Source: Acidobacteriota bacterium (GTDB lineage: Bacteria > Acidobacteriota > Thermoanaerobaculia > Gp7-AA8). From it: a stretch of 64,000 nt of DNA. Below the pieces are notes generated by a model, which saw only the letters and a list, made by a program, of their open reading frames with translations, was not told the origin of the DNA and searched no databases. This document shows positions 46,324 through 55,419 of this stretch, one piece after another (the stretch's first letter is position 1; every line of letters starts with the position of its first letter). The translations under genes were made by a program, and so were the position numbers. The DNA is taken from positions 14,595 through 78,594 of the forward strand of contig JAFAOU010000033.1 of NCBI GenBank assembly GCA_019247495.1, written 5' to 3'.

Positions 46324-47157
46324 ATGAGATCCCTCATCCGCATCGCGGTGCTCGCCGCGGTGGCGCTTTCGAGCGTCGCCTGCGTGACGAGCTCGGACGT
46401 CGAGAAGCTGCAGAGTCAGATCTCCGACCTCCAGGAGCAGCTTGCGCAAGTCAAGCGCACGGCGTCGAACAAAGAGGAAGTGAACAACATCAATCGCACG
46501 ATCGCAGAGCAGACCCAGACACTGCTCAAGTCAAACGCCACGCTCGTCGCGAAAGTCGATCAGATCGAAGAGAAGATCCAGTCCGCGCAGGGCGGGACCG
46601 AGCAGACCAACTATCGCCTCGACCGCATGACGCAGCAGCTCACGCAGACGCAGCACGACGTCGACGAATTGAAAGCCGCCGCGGCCCGCGCCGCGGCCGC
46701 ACCTCAGGCAGTCGCTCCGATGCCCGCGTCGGGCGGCGAGATGACCGTCCAGCCACCCGCCGCGCCTTCGGAAGACCCCATGCAGACGTACCAATCCGCG
46801 TATCGCGACTACCAGCAAGGCCACTACGATCTGGCGGTTGCCGGCTTCCGCGATTTCGCGGCGAAGAACCCGAATTCGGAGCTTTCGGGCAACGCCGCGT
46901 ACTGGATCGGCGAGAGCCTTTATTCGCAGAAGAAATATCGCGAGGCGATTCAGCAGTTTGACAGCGTCGTTACCAAGTACCCGAGGTCGGACAAGGTTGC
47001 GGGTGCCCTGCTGAAGAAGGGGTACGCGTACATCGCCCTCAACGAAAAATCTCAGGGCATCGTGCAGTTGCAGTACGTCGTGCACGAACATCCCACCTCT
47101 CCGGAAGCAGCGCTGGCGCGGCAGAAACTGAAGTCGCTCGGCGTCGATTCGAAGTAG
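46324..47157 (+). CDS. cpoB: Tol-Pal system protein CpoB/YbgF (coiled coil + TPR)
   Basis: Trimmed to ATG 46324. Signal peptide, coiled coil (LQSQISDLQEQLAQVKR), and the TPR block YQSAYRDYQQGHYDLAVAGFRDF... Confidence 0.85.
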   Translation: MRSLIRIAVLAAVALSSVACVTSSDVEKLQSQISDLQEQLAQVKRTASNKEEVNNINRTIAEQTQTLLKSNATLVAKVDQIEEKIQSAQGGTEQTNYRLDRMTQQLTQTQHDVDELKAAAARAAAAPQAVAPMPASGGEMTVQPPAAPSEDPMQTYQSAYRDYQQGHYDLAVAGFRDFAAKNPNSELSGNAAYWIGESLYSQKKYREAIQQFDSVVTKYPRSDKVAGALLKKGYAYIALNEKSQGIVQLQYVVHEHPTSPEAALARQKLKSLGVDSK

Positions 47158-47203
47158 AATACGCGGCCCTAAACCGCAGATAACTTACGTAGGAGCAACA
47201 TTC

Positions 47204-47467
47204 ATGGCGAATACCCGCTCGGCCGAAAAACAGCAGCGTCAGGCCGAAAAAGCAAATGCACGCAACCGCGCCGGAAAATCGCGTCTTCGTTCGGCGCTCA
47301 AGAAGGCCCGCGCGGGCGTCGACACCGGCAGCGCCGACGCGAGCGTCCTCTCCACCGGCTTCTCCGAGATCGACAAAGCCGCCAAGCGCGGCATCATCAA
47401 GGGCAACACCGCCGACCGCTACAAATCGCGGCTCGCGGCAGCCTCCAAGCGCGCGTCCGCGAAATAA
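47204..47467 (+). CDS. rpsT: 30S ribosomal protein S20
   Basis: MANTRSAEKQQRQAEKANARNRAGKSRLRSALKK... is the typical S20 N-terminus. Confidence 0.92.
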   Translation: MANTRSAEKQQRQAEKANARNRAGKSRLRSALKKARAGVDTGSADASVLSTGFSEIDKAAKRGIIKGNTADRYKSRLAAASKRASAK

Positions 47468-47490
47468 GCGGCGCACATCGACGCTCTCGA

Positions 47491-47520
47491 ACGGCGCACC
47501 TCGGTGCGCCGTTTTCTTTT
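47491..47520 (+). terminator. Rho-independent terminator after rpsT
   Basis: acggcgcac-ctcg-gtgcgccgt followed by tttctttt. Confidence 0.85.
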
Positions 47521-47531
47521 ATCCTTCCCCG

Positions 47532-48146
47532 ATGCCGAAGCAACGCTACGACCCTCATCCCGGCATCGCCATGGTCCGCAACTGGATCGATACGCTCAAA
47601 GCGAAGACCGGCCGCGATCTCGATGAATGGACCGCGCTGATCAAGTCGAAGGGTCCGAAGGACAACAAGTCACGCCGCGAGTGGCTCAAGAGAGAACACG
47701 CCCTCGGCACGAACTCGGCCTCGTGGCTGGCCGATCACGCCGAGGGAAAAGACGACCTCGAAGAAGGCGATGCGAAGGTCTACGTCGCCCGCGCCGGTGA
47801 ATACGTCGACGCGATGTTCTCCGGATCGAAAGCCGCGCTCCGCCCGCTCTACGACAAACTCTACGATCTCGCCCGCTCCATCGGCGACGACATCGGCATC
47901 TCACCGGGCAAGACCATCGTCTCGATCTATCGCAACCACGTCATCGCGCAGATCAAACCGTCCACGCGCACGCGCATCGACTTCGGCCTGGCGCTGAAAG
48001 ACACGCCCGCAAAGGGACGCCTCATCGACACCGGCGGCCTCGCGAAAAAAGATCGGATCACGCATCGCATCGAGATCACGTCCGTCGATGACGTCGACGC
48101 GTTCGTCGAGAAGTGGCTACGGAAGGCGTACGAGATGGACGCGTAG
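47532..48146 (+). CDS. DUF4287/DUF5655-type protein
   Basis: Track ORF 47256.. trimmed to ATG 47532. WIDTLKAKTGRDLDEWTALIKSKG...WLKREHALGTNSASWLA resembles DUF4287. Assignment from memory. Confidence 0.55.
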   Translation: MPKQRYDPHPGIAMVRNWIDTLKAKTGRDLDEWTALIKSKGPKDNKSRREWLKREHALGTNSASWLADHAEGKDDLEEGDAKVYVARAGEYVDAMFSGSKAALRPLYDKLYDLARSIGDDIGISPGKTIVSIYRNHVIAQIKPSTRTRIDFGLALKDTPAKGRLIDTGGLAKKDRITHRIEITSVDDVDAFVEKWLRKAYEMDA

Positions 48147-48167
48147 GATCAGCCACGCAAACTTGCA

Positions 48168-48192
48168 AGAGCACAGAAAGTGTCTGTGCCGG
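48168..48192. repeat. GCACAGACA-type hairpin repeat
   Basis: agagcacagaaagtgtctgtgccgg, the same core as 4047..4076 and 30976..31081. Confidence 0.6.
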
Positions 48193-48254
48193 TGCTCGCG
48201 CTGCCTTATTTGCTACACCGACACTCGTCAACGGGTTCATGAAACCGTATTTCA

Positions 48255-48413
48255 TCAGCGCTGACGAGCTTCCAACCGAGCGAAAACTTCATCGGAAGGA
48301 ATTGCGTTCGCTGTCCCATCGCGCAACTGCCAATAGCGCCGCGCGGCCTCTTCAACCCAGAGACGCTCGAAGTCACCAGACTCCGAGGCGATCTCTTCCA
48401 GCGTCCGTTCCAT
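48255..48413 (-). CDS. Short addiction-module-component-like protein (PF09720 / TIGR02574-like), N-terminally short, no toxin partner
   Basis: Below the track's size cut-off. MERTLEEIASESGDFERLWVEEAARRYWQLRDGTANAIPSDEVFARLEARQR. The W-x2-E-x3-RR...G...IP..EVFARL pattern matches the C-terminal half of that antitoxin family. Confidence 0.45.
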   Translation of the reverse strand: MERTLEEIASESGDFERLWVEEAARRYWQLRDGTANAIPSDEVFARLEARQR

Positions 48414-48422
48414 CGTCGAATT

Positions 48423-48833
48423 CTAGCCGAGCCACGGCACGAATGCGGACATGACGTCCTCCGGCGCGGTCACTGGACGCCGCGTCTCGCGGTCCACCCA
48501 CACGTGCGATGACGTCCCTGTCGCGTGCAGACGCTCGCCGGATGCGTCGCGCAACTCGTACGCGAAACGCATCATCCTGCTCGCCGCCTCGGCGACCGAC
48601 GTGCGGATCACCACTTCGTCGTCGTAGCGATAGGGCGCGCGATAGCGGCACACGATCTCGGTGACCACGAGGATCAGTCCGCGATCTTCGATCTCACGAT
48701 ACGGAAAGCCGGCTTCGCGGCAGAGATCCGTGCGGCCGATCTCGAACCAGACCACGTAGTTCGCGTGGTGCGCGATGGCCATCTGGTCCGTGTCTTTGTA
48801 GCGGACGCGCGTGCGGCTCTCGGTCGTTTGCAT
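48423..48833 (-). CDS. ybgC: YbgC-type 4HBT acyl-CoA thioesterase
   Basis: RVRYKDTDQMAIAHHANYVVWFEIGRTDLCREAG...EIVCRYRAPYRYDD hot-dog fold motifs. Confidence 0.8.
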   Translation of the reverse strand: MQTTESRTRVRYKDTDQMAIAHHANYVVWFEIGRTDLCREAGFPYREIEDRGLILVVTEIVCRYRAPYRYDDEVVIRTSVAEAASRMMRFAYELRDASGERLHATGTSSHVWVDRETRRPVTAPEDVMSAFVPWLG

Positions 48834-48863
48834 GAGGGGCGATCATAGTCTCCGGCAGAGCTT

Positions 48864-49853
48864 TTGCTGATGAGCTGCACCGTGAGCCGAAAAAAGTCCA
48901 GCGTTCACCTTCCGGATACAGCAAGCTCGCTGCTGATCGGCGGCGCGATCCTTCTCGCGCTCGACGTCGGCCGGCGCATCTTCCGGCGCTCGCAGCTCTT
49001 CGAGCCGCAGCGCGAGCCGGTCATCAGCTGGAATCCCGAGGACTACGGGATTCCGCGCGAACGCACCGAAGTGTTGTCGTTCGAGACCGATGATGGCGAA
49101 CTGCTTTACGGCTGGTATTGCCGCGCGGAACATCCGATCGCATCGGCGCTTTACTGCCACGGCAACACCGGCAATCTCTCCAATACCGCGCACGTCATGC
49201 CGCATCTGCTCGACGCCGGCATCAACGTGCTGCTCTTCGACTATCGCGGATTCGGACGCAGCAGTGGATCGCCATCGCTGTCGGGCATCATCGACGACGG
49301 CGTGACCGCGGCGCAGCTTCACGAGAAAATCCGCCCCAAGCATGTTCCCTCAATCCTCTACGGCTACTCCCTCGGCGGCGCGATCGCGGCGCAGATCATT
49401 CGCAGGCATCCGTTCGACGGCCTGATTCTGCAGTCGACGTTCACCAACCTGCCTGACATCGCGCGCGTCACGTTTCCGCGCGTGCCGCTGCACCTCGTCA
49501 GCGGACGCCTTTTCGACACGCTCGAAGTCGTCCGCAACCTCACCGTCCCGGCCCTCATCATTCACGGCACCACGGACGAGGTTTGTCCTTCCTGGATGGC
49601 GCAGCAGCTTCACGATTCCTGTGGCGCGGCCTCGAAAAAATTAGTCCTCGTTGACGGCGGACTGCACAAGGATTTGTTCGAACGTGCCGACGCGCAGACG
49701 CTGGTGTGGGAGATCAACCGCTTCGCCACCAGCCTGCACTGCACACCGCATGTGGTTCAGTACAAACCGGGAACTGCCGAGCAGTTTCTCGATCACGCGC
49801 TGCGATCCATCCGGCGGATGTGGCGGCGGCACTTGGTACAACAGCCGCTGTGA
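48864..49853 (+). CDS. Alpha/beta hydrolase (S33/S9-like) with N-terminal TM
   Basis: HGNTGN, FDYRGFGRS, nucleophile elbow GYSLGGAIA, HGTTDEV, GGLHKDL. Confidence 0.8.
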   Translation: MLMSCTVSRKKSSVHLPDTASSLLIGGAILLALDVGRRIFRRSQLFEPQREPVISWNPEDYGIPRERTEVLSFETDDGELLYGWYCRAEHPIASALYCHGNTGNLSNTAHVMPHLLDAGINVLLFDYRGFGRSSGSPSLSGIIDDGVTAAQLHEKIRPKHVPSILYGYSLGGAIAAQIIRRHPFDGLILQSTFTNLPDIARVTFPRVPLHLVSGRLFDTLEVVRNLTVPALIIHGTTDEVCPSWMAQQLHDSCGAASKKLVLVDGGLHKDLFERADAQTLVWEINRFATSLHCTPHVVQYKPGTAEQFLDHALRSIRRMWRRHLVQQPL

Positions 49854-49913
49854 TACGTTCCGGAACGCGCCCGCGCTTCACACCGCGCGCGAAATCAGCA
49901 TTCGAAGGAAGCC

Positions 49914-51032
49914 ATGCTCGCCGTCGTTAAATCGGCCCCAGTTGATGGCCCAGAGGGGACATCAGTCAGCGATTGTCCTGTCCCGAAACCGGGTCCGGAT
50001 GAAGTGCTCATCCGCGTTGCCGCGGCCGCCGTCTGTGGCACCGACAAACACATCTATCACTGGGATCCATCGATCCGCGACAAGGTCACGCCGCCGCGGA
50101 TTTACGGTCACGAGTTCTGCGGCTTCGTCGAAGAGCTCGGATCGCGCGCGCAACGCACGTACGAGGGCCATCTCGAAATCGGCGACTACGTCTCCGCAGA
50201 GATGCACGTCGTCTGCGGTGAATGCCCGCGCTGCCGCTCCGGCAATGGCCACATCTGCGATCGCACCCGCATCTACGGGCTGCACGAGGACGGCGCGTTC
50301 GCCGAGTTCGTGAAAGTGCCCGCCGCGAATGTGGTGAAGCTCGGCCGCTACGTTCCGCTCCGCGTGGGAGCGTTTCTCGACGCGCTCGGCAACGCCGTTC
50401 ACGCGACCTCGGTCTGCGATATGGCCGGCAAGTCGGTCGCCATCACCGGCTTCGGCCCGATCGGCGCGATGGCCGCCGCCATCGCGGAGCACAGCGGCGC
50501 GACCACCGTCATCGTCACCGACGTCAGCGATCACGCGCTCGAAACCGCGCGCCGCTGGGCCGCTAGCCACAATTTTGCCAACCTCCATGCGTTCAACGTC
50601 CGCACGATGGCGGCCGAAGAGGTGAAGCGCGAAGTCGATGCCGTCACCGACGGCGATGGCGTTGACATCGTTCTCGAAATGTCCGGCGCGCCGTCCGCGA
50701 TCAATCTCGCGCTCGACATCGTCCGCATGGGCGGCATGCTCTCGCTCCTCGGCCTCCCCGCCGGACACTCCGTCACGATCAACGACTACACGCGCAATGT
50801 GATCTTCAAAGGCGTGACGATGCAAGGCATCATCGGCCGGCGCATGTACGGGACGTGGCAGCGGATGCTGGCCCTGCTCAAGTCCGGCCTGAACGTCGAA
50901 TGGATCGTGCAGGCCGCGTACGATTCGCTGAACGATTTTCACGAAGGTGTTGCACGTTTCGACCGGCACGAAGCATTGAAAGTGGTTTTCTTTCCCGAGG
51001 GAGAGAAAGCAGCGAATCAGCGCTTGAAGTAA
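49914..51032 (+). CDS. tdh: L-threonine 3-dehydrogenase-like zinc alcohol dehydrogenase
   Basis: AAAVCGTDKHIYHWD, YGHEFCGFV, CGECPRCRSGNGHIC, GFGPIGAM. Confidence 0.72.
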   Translation: MLAVVKSAPVDGPEGTSVSDCPVPKPGPDEVLIRVAAAAVCGTDKHIYHWDPSIRDKVTPPRIYGHEFCGFVEELGSRAQRTYEGHLEIGDYVSAEMHVVCGECPRCRSGNGHICDRTRIYGLHEDGAFAEFVKVPAANVVKLGRYVPLRVGAFLDALGNAVHATSVCDMAGKSVAITGFGPIGAMAAAIAEHSGATTVIVTDVSDHALETARRWAASHNFANLHAFNVRTMAAEEVKREVDAVTDGDGVDIVLEMSGAPSAINLALDIVRMGGMLSLLGLPAGHSVTINDYTRNVIFKGVTMQGIIGRRMYGTWQRMLALLKSGLNVEWIVQAAYDSLNDFHEGVARFDRHEALKVVFFPEGEKAANQRLK

Positions 51033-51060
51033 TCGCCGAGCCGCAACTCGGCACCATCTA

Positions 51061-52227
51061 ATGTCCAAACGAATCGCCATCCTCACCGGCGGCGGCGACG
51101 TCCCGGGCCTCAACGCCGCGATCAAAGCGTTCGTCGGACGGCTCCTCGATCACGACGGCTACGAGATCGTCGGCCTGCGCCGCGGCTGGGCTTCGCTGCT
51201 CAATATCATTCCCGACGCTGACGCTGACAACTCCGCATGGATCACGCCGCTAGGCCGCATCAACACGCGCTCGATCGACCGCTTCGGCGGCACGATGCTG
51301 CACACCTCGCGTATCAATCCGTCGATCAGCAAGCTGGACGACATTCCCGAACACCTTCTGTCCTCAAAAGGTGAGCCCGACGAACGCGGGCGCTACGACC
51401 TGACCGCAGCCGCGTTGCGCGTGATCGACTTCCTCAAACTCGACGGCCTCGTTGCCCTCGGCGGCGACGGCACGCTGACCTTCGCACGCCGTCTGCACAA
51501 AGAAGGCGTTCCGCTCGTGGCGATCCCGAAAACGATGGACAACGATGTCTTCGGCACCGACTACTGCCTCGGCTTCTCGACCGCCGTCACACGCTCGGTG
51601 ATGTTCATCAACGACCTCCGCACCGGCGCCGGCTCGCATGAGCGATTCCTCGTCGTCGAGTTGTTCGGCCGCTACTCGGGCGAGACCTGCCTGCTCGCCT
51701 CGTATCTCGCCGGCGTCGACCGCGCGGTGATCGCCGAGGTGCCGTTCGATTGCGACAAGCTGTACCACCTGCTCGAGGCCGACCGCAGCGACAACCCGAG
51801 CAACTACGCGGTCGTAGCGGTCTCCGAGGGCGCGCGCATCATAGGAGGAGGCACGATCGAAAGCGGCGAAGCCGACGCCTACGGCAACCGCAAACTCGGC
51901 GGCATCGGCGGCATCGTCAGCGACTACCTGGAGAAACGCTCACACGACAAAGTCATCTACCAGCGCCTCGCCTACCTGATGCGCTCCGGCGCACCCGATT
52001 CACTCGACCAACTCGTCGCCAACAACTACGGCAGCCTGGCCGCCGACCTGATGCGCCGCAACGAAACCGGCAAGATGGTCGCGGTCGTCGACGGCCGCTA
52101 CACCGCGGTGCCGATCGAAGTCGGCAGCAGCGGTAGAAAACGCGTCGACATCGACCGCTTCTACGACGTAGCGAACTACCGGCCGAAAGTCGCGGACGTG
52201 ATGGGCATGCCGATGTTCCTGCACTGA
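51061..52227 (+). CDS. pfk: 6-phosphofructokinase (phosphoryl donor not resolved: GGDG with PKTMDND)
   Basis: IAILTGGGDVPGLNAAI, LGGDGTLTFA, IPKTMDNDV, MRSGAPD. Confidence 0.85.
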   Translation: MSKRIAILTGGGDVPGLNAAIKAFVGRLLDHDGYEIVGLRRGWASLLNIIPDADADNSAWITPLGRINTRSIDRFGGTMLHTSRINPSISKLDDIPEHLLSSKGEPDERGRYDLTAAALRVIDFLKLDGLVALGGDGTLTFARRLHKEGVPLVAIPKTMDNDVFGTDYCLGFSTAVTRSVMFINDLRTGAGSHERFLVVELFGRYSGETCLLASYLAGVDRAVIAEVPFDCDKLYHLLEADRSDNPSNYAVVAVSEGARIIGGGTIESGEADAYGNRKLGGIGGIVSDYLEKRSHDKVIYQRLAYLMRSGAPDSLDQLVANNYGSLAADLMRRNETGKMVAVVDGRYTAVPIEVGSSGRKRVDIDRFYDVANYRPKVADVMGMPMFLH

Positions 52228-52246
52228 GCCACGCTACAATCGAAAC

Positions 52247-52460
52247 GTGAATCAGCCGACATCAACCACGCGTGAGGATTGGCTGCAAGAGTTCGAAGCA
52301 GCCGCCCGGCGTCCGCTGGCACAACGCGTCAAGTACGCGTTCATCCGAACGTACAAGCCGGTTCTCGACGACGCCGAGTTTTCGCGCGTTCGACAGGATG
52401 GCGGACTATCGCGCGTGGTGCGAAACGAATCTGCCGGAGTGGCTCGGATACGGGAGATAG
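52247..52460 (+). pseudogene. Small ORF split by a 1-nt frameshift in a T4 run (52379-52382)
   Basis: Frame A: MNQPTSTTREDWLQEFEAAARRPLAQRVKYAFIRTYKPVLDDAEF... Frame B continues ...RAFDRMADYRAWCETNLPEWLGYGR*. Removing one T joins them into a 71-aa ORF. After the T-run frame A turns Arg/Gly-rich and looks non-coding by eye. Confidence 0.4.
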
Positions 52461-52522
52461 ATGGCCGTGGCATTCGAGTCCCGGCAGGCCGAAGAGATCC
52501 GTGACCACTGGAAAAAACGGCG

Positions 52523-52663
52523 TTAGCGCTCGTCGCCGTCATCGCCGAACGAATCGAGCAACTCATCGGTGTTCTCGGCGATCGTTGGGTCTCCAAGACC
52601 GTTTTTGGTCAACGGGACCTTCGGAGCATCGAGCGCGGCGAATACGGCCTCTTTGTCACTCAT
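52523..52663 (-). CDS. 46-aa acidic sORF downstream of the PP2C phosphatase (weak call)
   Basis: MSDKEAVFAALDAPKVPLTKNGLGDPTIAENTDELLDSFGDDGDER. Starts 10 nt after the phosphatase stop. Mostly G/C third positions. No clear RBS. Confidence 0.3.
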   Translation of the reverse strand: MSDKEAVFAALDAPKVPLTKNGLGDPTIAENTDELLDSFGDDGDER

Positions 52664-52673
52664 GTCGATGAGA

Positions 52674-54080
52674 TTACGCATTGGTCGAGAAATCCATTCC
52701 ATGCGCTCTTACAACAATCATCGTCAGATCATCTTCCGGCGCGCCGCTTACACCGCGCCAGGCTTCAACCTCGGCGATGATCTTTGCGGTCAGTGAAATC
52801 GGAGGATCGGAGCCGATCGCGTTGCGCAGGCGTTCGTCGCCCCAAAACTCCTCCGCCCGATTCATCGTCTCCGTTACGCCGTCGGTGTAGAGGACCAGTG
52901 TGTCGCCAGGGAGAAATGGTCGCGACACTTCCTCGTAGCGCGCGTCGCGGAAGCGGCCGAGGACGACGCCGGGGGCGATGATCTCTTCGCGAGTTTGGTT
53001 GTGGCGAAGAATCGGGGGCGGATGGCCGGCGGACGCGGTCGTGATCACGCCTGCAATCGGATCGATGTGGACGTATGCGGCGGTGATGAACTGGCGTTCG
53101 AGGCGGCCGCAGAAGAGCGTGTTGAGATTTGCGAGGATGCGCGCGGGCGACGAGGCATTCTCCGCTTGCGTCGCCAAGGCGATCTTGAGCATCGATGCGA
53201 CGAGGGCTGCGGGGATGCCGTGGCCGGAGACGTCGGCGATGAAGATGCCGAGGGCGCCGCGATCGAACTCGAGGAAATCGTAGAAATCGCCTGCGACATC
53301 CGAGGCCGGCGTGTAGACGGCGGCAACTTCGAGGCCGGGCAGCTTGGGATTTTCTCGCGGCAGTGCGGCCAGTTGAATCGCGCGCGCCGTGGCCAGTTCG
53401 CTGTCGACCGCGGCGAGACGTCGTTGTGATTGCGTAGCGTGTCGCATCGTCGTCACGATGATCGTCAGCATCAGGAAGAGGAAACCGGTCGGCTCGCGCG
53501 TGAGGCCGTAAGGATCGCCGGCGAAGTGAACGTGCTCGTTCAACACGAAGGCCGTGAAGACGAGCGCGCCGATGCGGACGAGGCGCCAGCTGGTGTCGCC
53601 GGATCCGCTCGAAAGAAGATCGATCGCGAGCACGGCGATCAGGACCAGGACCAGCGCATCGATGACCGGCTTCAGCGCAAACGGCGAATGAATGGCTACC
53701 TCGTACGGGATGGCAATCGCGGCGCACGCGGCGAGAGCCGTGACGATGATGCGATGCACGACCGGCCGCCGGTTTCCACTGAATGTCTCGAACAGCAACG
53801 CCGCCGGAATCGGCACGAGATACTCGAAATCTGCGCGCAGGTAGTCGAGCCAGCGCGGATGCCCATAAAGGATCGTGAACGCGCTGGTGTTGAACGCGAG
53901 CCGCGTTCCGTAGGCGATCGCGAACAGGCCGGTGTAGACGAACGAGCGCCGCGACTTTCCCGCGGTCAGCGCGCCGATGAGGAGCATGCCGGCGCCCATC
54001 GTGAGGAGGACGACAGCGATGATGCCGGCAATCATGTCGCGATGAAAGACGGCGATCACCTCGGCGGCGCTGTGCTGCAT
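52674..54080 (-). CDS. PP2C/SpoIIE-family serine phosphatase (RsbU-like) with N-terminal multi-TM sensor
   Basis: Trimmed to ATG 54080. About 7 TM helices, then ASDVAGDFYDF, IADVSGHGIPAAL, LYTDGVTE, DDLTMIVV. Confidence 0.85.
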   Translation of the reverse strand: MQHSAAEVIAVFHRDMIAGIIAVVLLTMGAGMLLIGALTAGKSRRSFVYTGLFAIAYGTRLAFNTSAFTILYGHPRWLDYLRADFEYLVPIPAALLFETFSGNRRPVVHRIIVTALAACAAIAIPYEVAIHSPFALKPVIDALVLVLIAVLAIDLLSSGSGDTSWRLVRIGALVFTAFVLNEHVHFAGDPYGLTREPTGFLFLMLTIIVTTMRHATQSQRRLAAVDSELATARAIQLAALPRENPKLPGLEVAAVYTPASDVAGDFYDFLEFDRGALGIFIADVSGHGIPAALVASMLKIALATQAENASSPARILANLNTLFCGRLERQFITAAYVHIDPIAGVITTASAGHPPPILRHNQTREEIIAPGVVLGRFRDARYEEVSRPFLPGDTLVLYTDGVTETMNRAEEFWGDERLRNAIGSDPPISLTAKIIAEVEAWRGVSGAPEDDLTMIVVRAHGMDFSTNA

Positions 54081-54120
54081 CGCGGCGATGATGACATGAC
54101 GCGCGTGATGTAATCGCCGC

Positions 54121-55419
54121 GTGGCGGACTTCCGCAGAACGCTCGAGCGTGCGTTTCGGCGCCGCGTCGTGGTCAAGGACACGGCGGATGCGGTCGTGGC
54201 CAGCGGCACGAGCGCGCAGGCCGATGAAGAGGCGTACGGCGGACCGGCTACGACGTCATCGACCGCCGCCACCATCGCCATCATGCTGGCCGGCATCGCG
54301 GCGTTTCTGAATCTCTACGCGACGCAACCATTGCTGCCGATGCTGGTGCGGATCTTCGCGGCGTCGAAAGCGGCAGTCGGGATGACCGTCAGCGCGGCGA
54401 CGATCGGGGTCGCGATATCGGCGCCGTTCTGCGGATTGATCGCGGAACGCGTAGGCCGCAAGCGAGTCATCGTCACGGCCACGCTGCTGCTGACGATCCC
54501 GACCGTGCTCGCTTCAACGGCGACCTCGCTGCCGATGCTGATCTTCTGGCGTTTTCTGCAAGGGCTGGTGATGCCGGGCATCTTCGGCGTGGCCATCGCG
54601 TACATCGCCGAGGAGTGGCCCGCGGCGAATGTGGCCTCGGCGATGTCGCTGTACGTCAGCGCCACGGTTCTCGGCGGCTTCCTCGGGCGCATCCTGCCGG
54701 GTTATGCGGCGACGCACCGGATGGTGGCGTCGATCGCTCCGAGCTGGCGGATCGGATTCGTGCTCATCGCCGGCTGCGATCTCGTTTTCGGCGCGCTGAT
54801 CGCGCGCTGGCTCCCGCGCGATCGCAAGTCCGCGATCGTGCCGGCGAGAGCAACCGGCGGCATGCTCCGGCATCTACGCAATCCGCGGCTCGTGGCGACG
54901 TACGTGGTCGGATTCAACGTCCTTTTTTCGCTCGTCGCGGTCTTCACCTACATCACGTTTCACCTCGCCGCCGCGCCATATCTGCTGACTCCCGCGCAAC
55001 TGAGCTCGCTGTTCGTCGTCTATCTCGTCGGCTTGATCGTCACGCCGCTCGCGGGCATCGGCATCGGGCGCGCCGGATCGCGGCCGGTGTTGATCGTGGC
55101 AGTGATCGCATCGATGATCGGCGTGTCGCTCACGCTGCTCCATTCGCTGCCGCTGATTCTGCTCGGACTGATCCTCTGCTCGTCCGGCGTTTTTGTTTGT
55201 CAATCTGCGTCGACGAGCTACATCCAGACCGCCGCCGCTGCGGGCGGACGCTCATCGGCCGCGGGCCTTTACGTCGCGTGCTACTACGCCGGAGGCAGTG
55301 TGAGCGGCGTGCTGCCGGGATTCTTCTGGCGCTTTGGCGGATGGACTGCGTGCGTGGTCCTCGTGCTGGTTGTACAGACGATCACGATCGGTGTGGCAGC
55401 GTTCGGATGGCGCGAATGA
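54121..55419 (+). CDS. MFS transporter
   Basis: 12 TM pattern. GLIAERVGRKRV (MFS motif A-like). Start position uncertain. Confidence 0.8.
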   Translation: MADFRRTLERAFRRRVVVKDTADAVVASGTSAQADEEAYGGPATTSSTAATIAIMLAGIAAFLNLYATQPLLPMLVRIFAASKAAVGMTVSAATIGVAISAPFCGLIAERVGRKRVIVTATLLLTIPTVLASTATSLPMLIFWRFLQGLVMPGIFGVAIAYIAEEWPAANVASAMSLYVSATVLGGFLGRILPGYAATHRMVASIAPSWRIGFVLIAGCDLVFGALIARWLPRDRKSAIVPARATGGMLRHLRNPRLVATYVVGFNVLFSLVAVFTYITFHLAAAPYLLTPAQLSSLFVVYLVGLIVTPLAGIGIGRAGSRPVLIVAVIASMIGVSLTLLHSLPLILLGLILCSSGVFVCQSASTSYIQTAAAAGGRSSAAGLYVACYYAGGSVSGVLPGFFWRFGGWTACVVLVLVVQTITIGVAAFGWRE

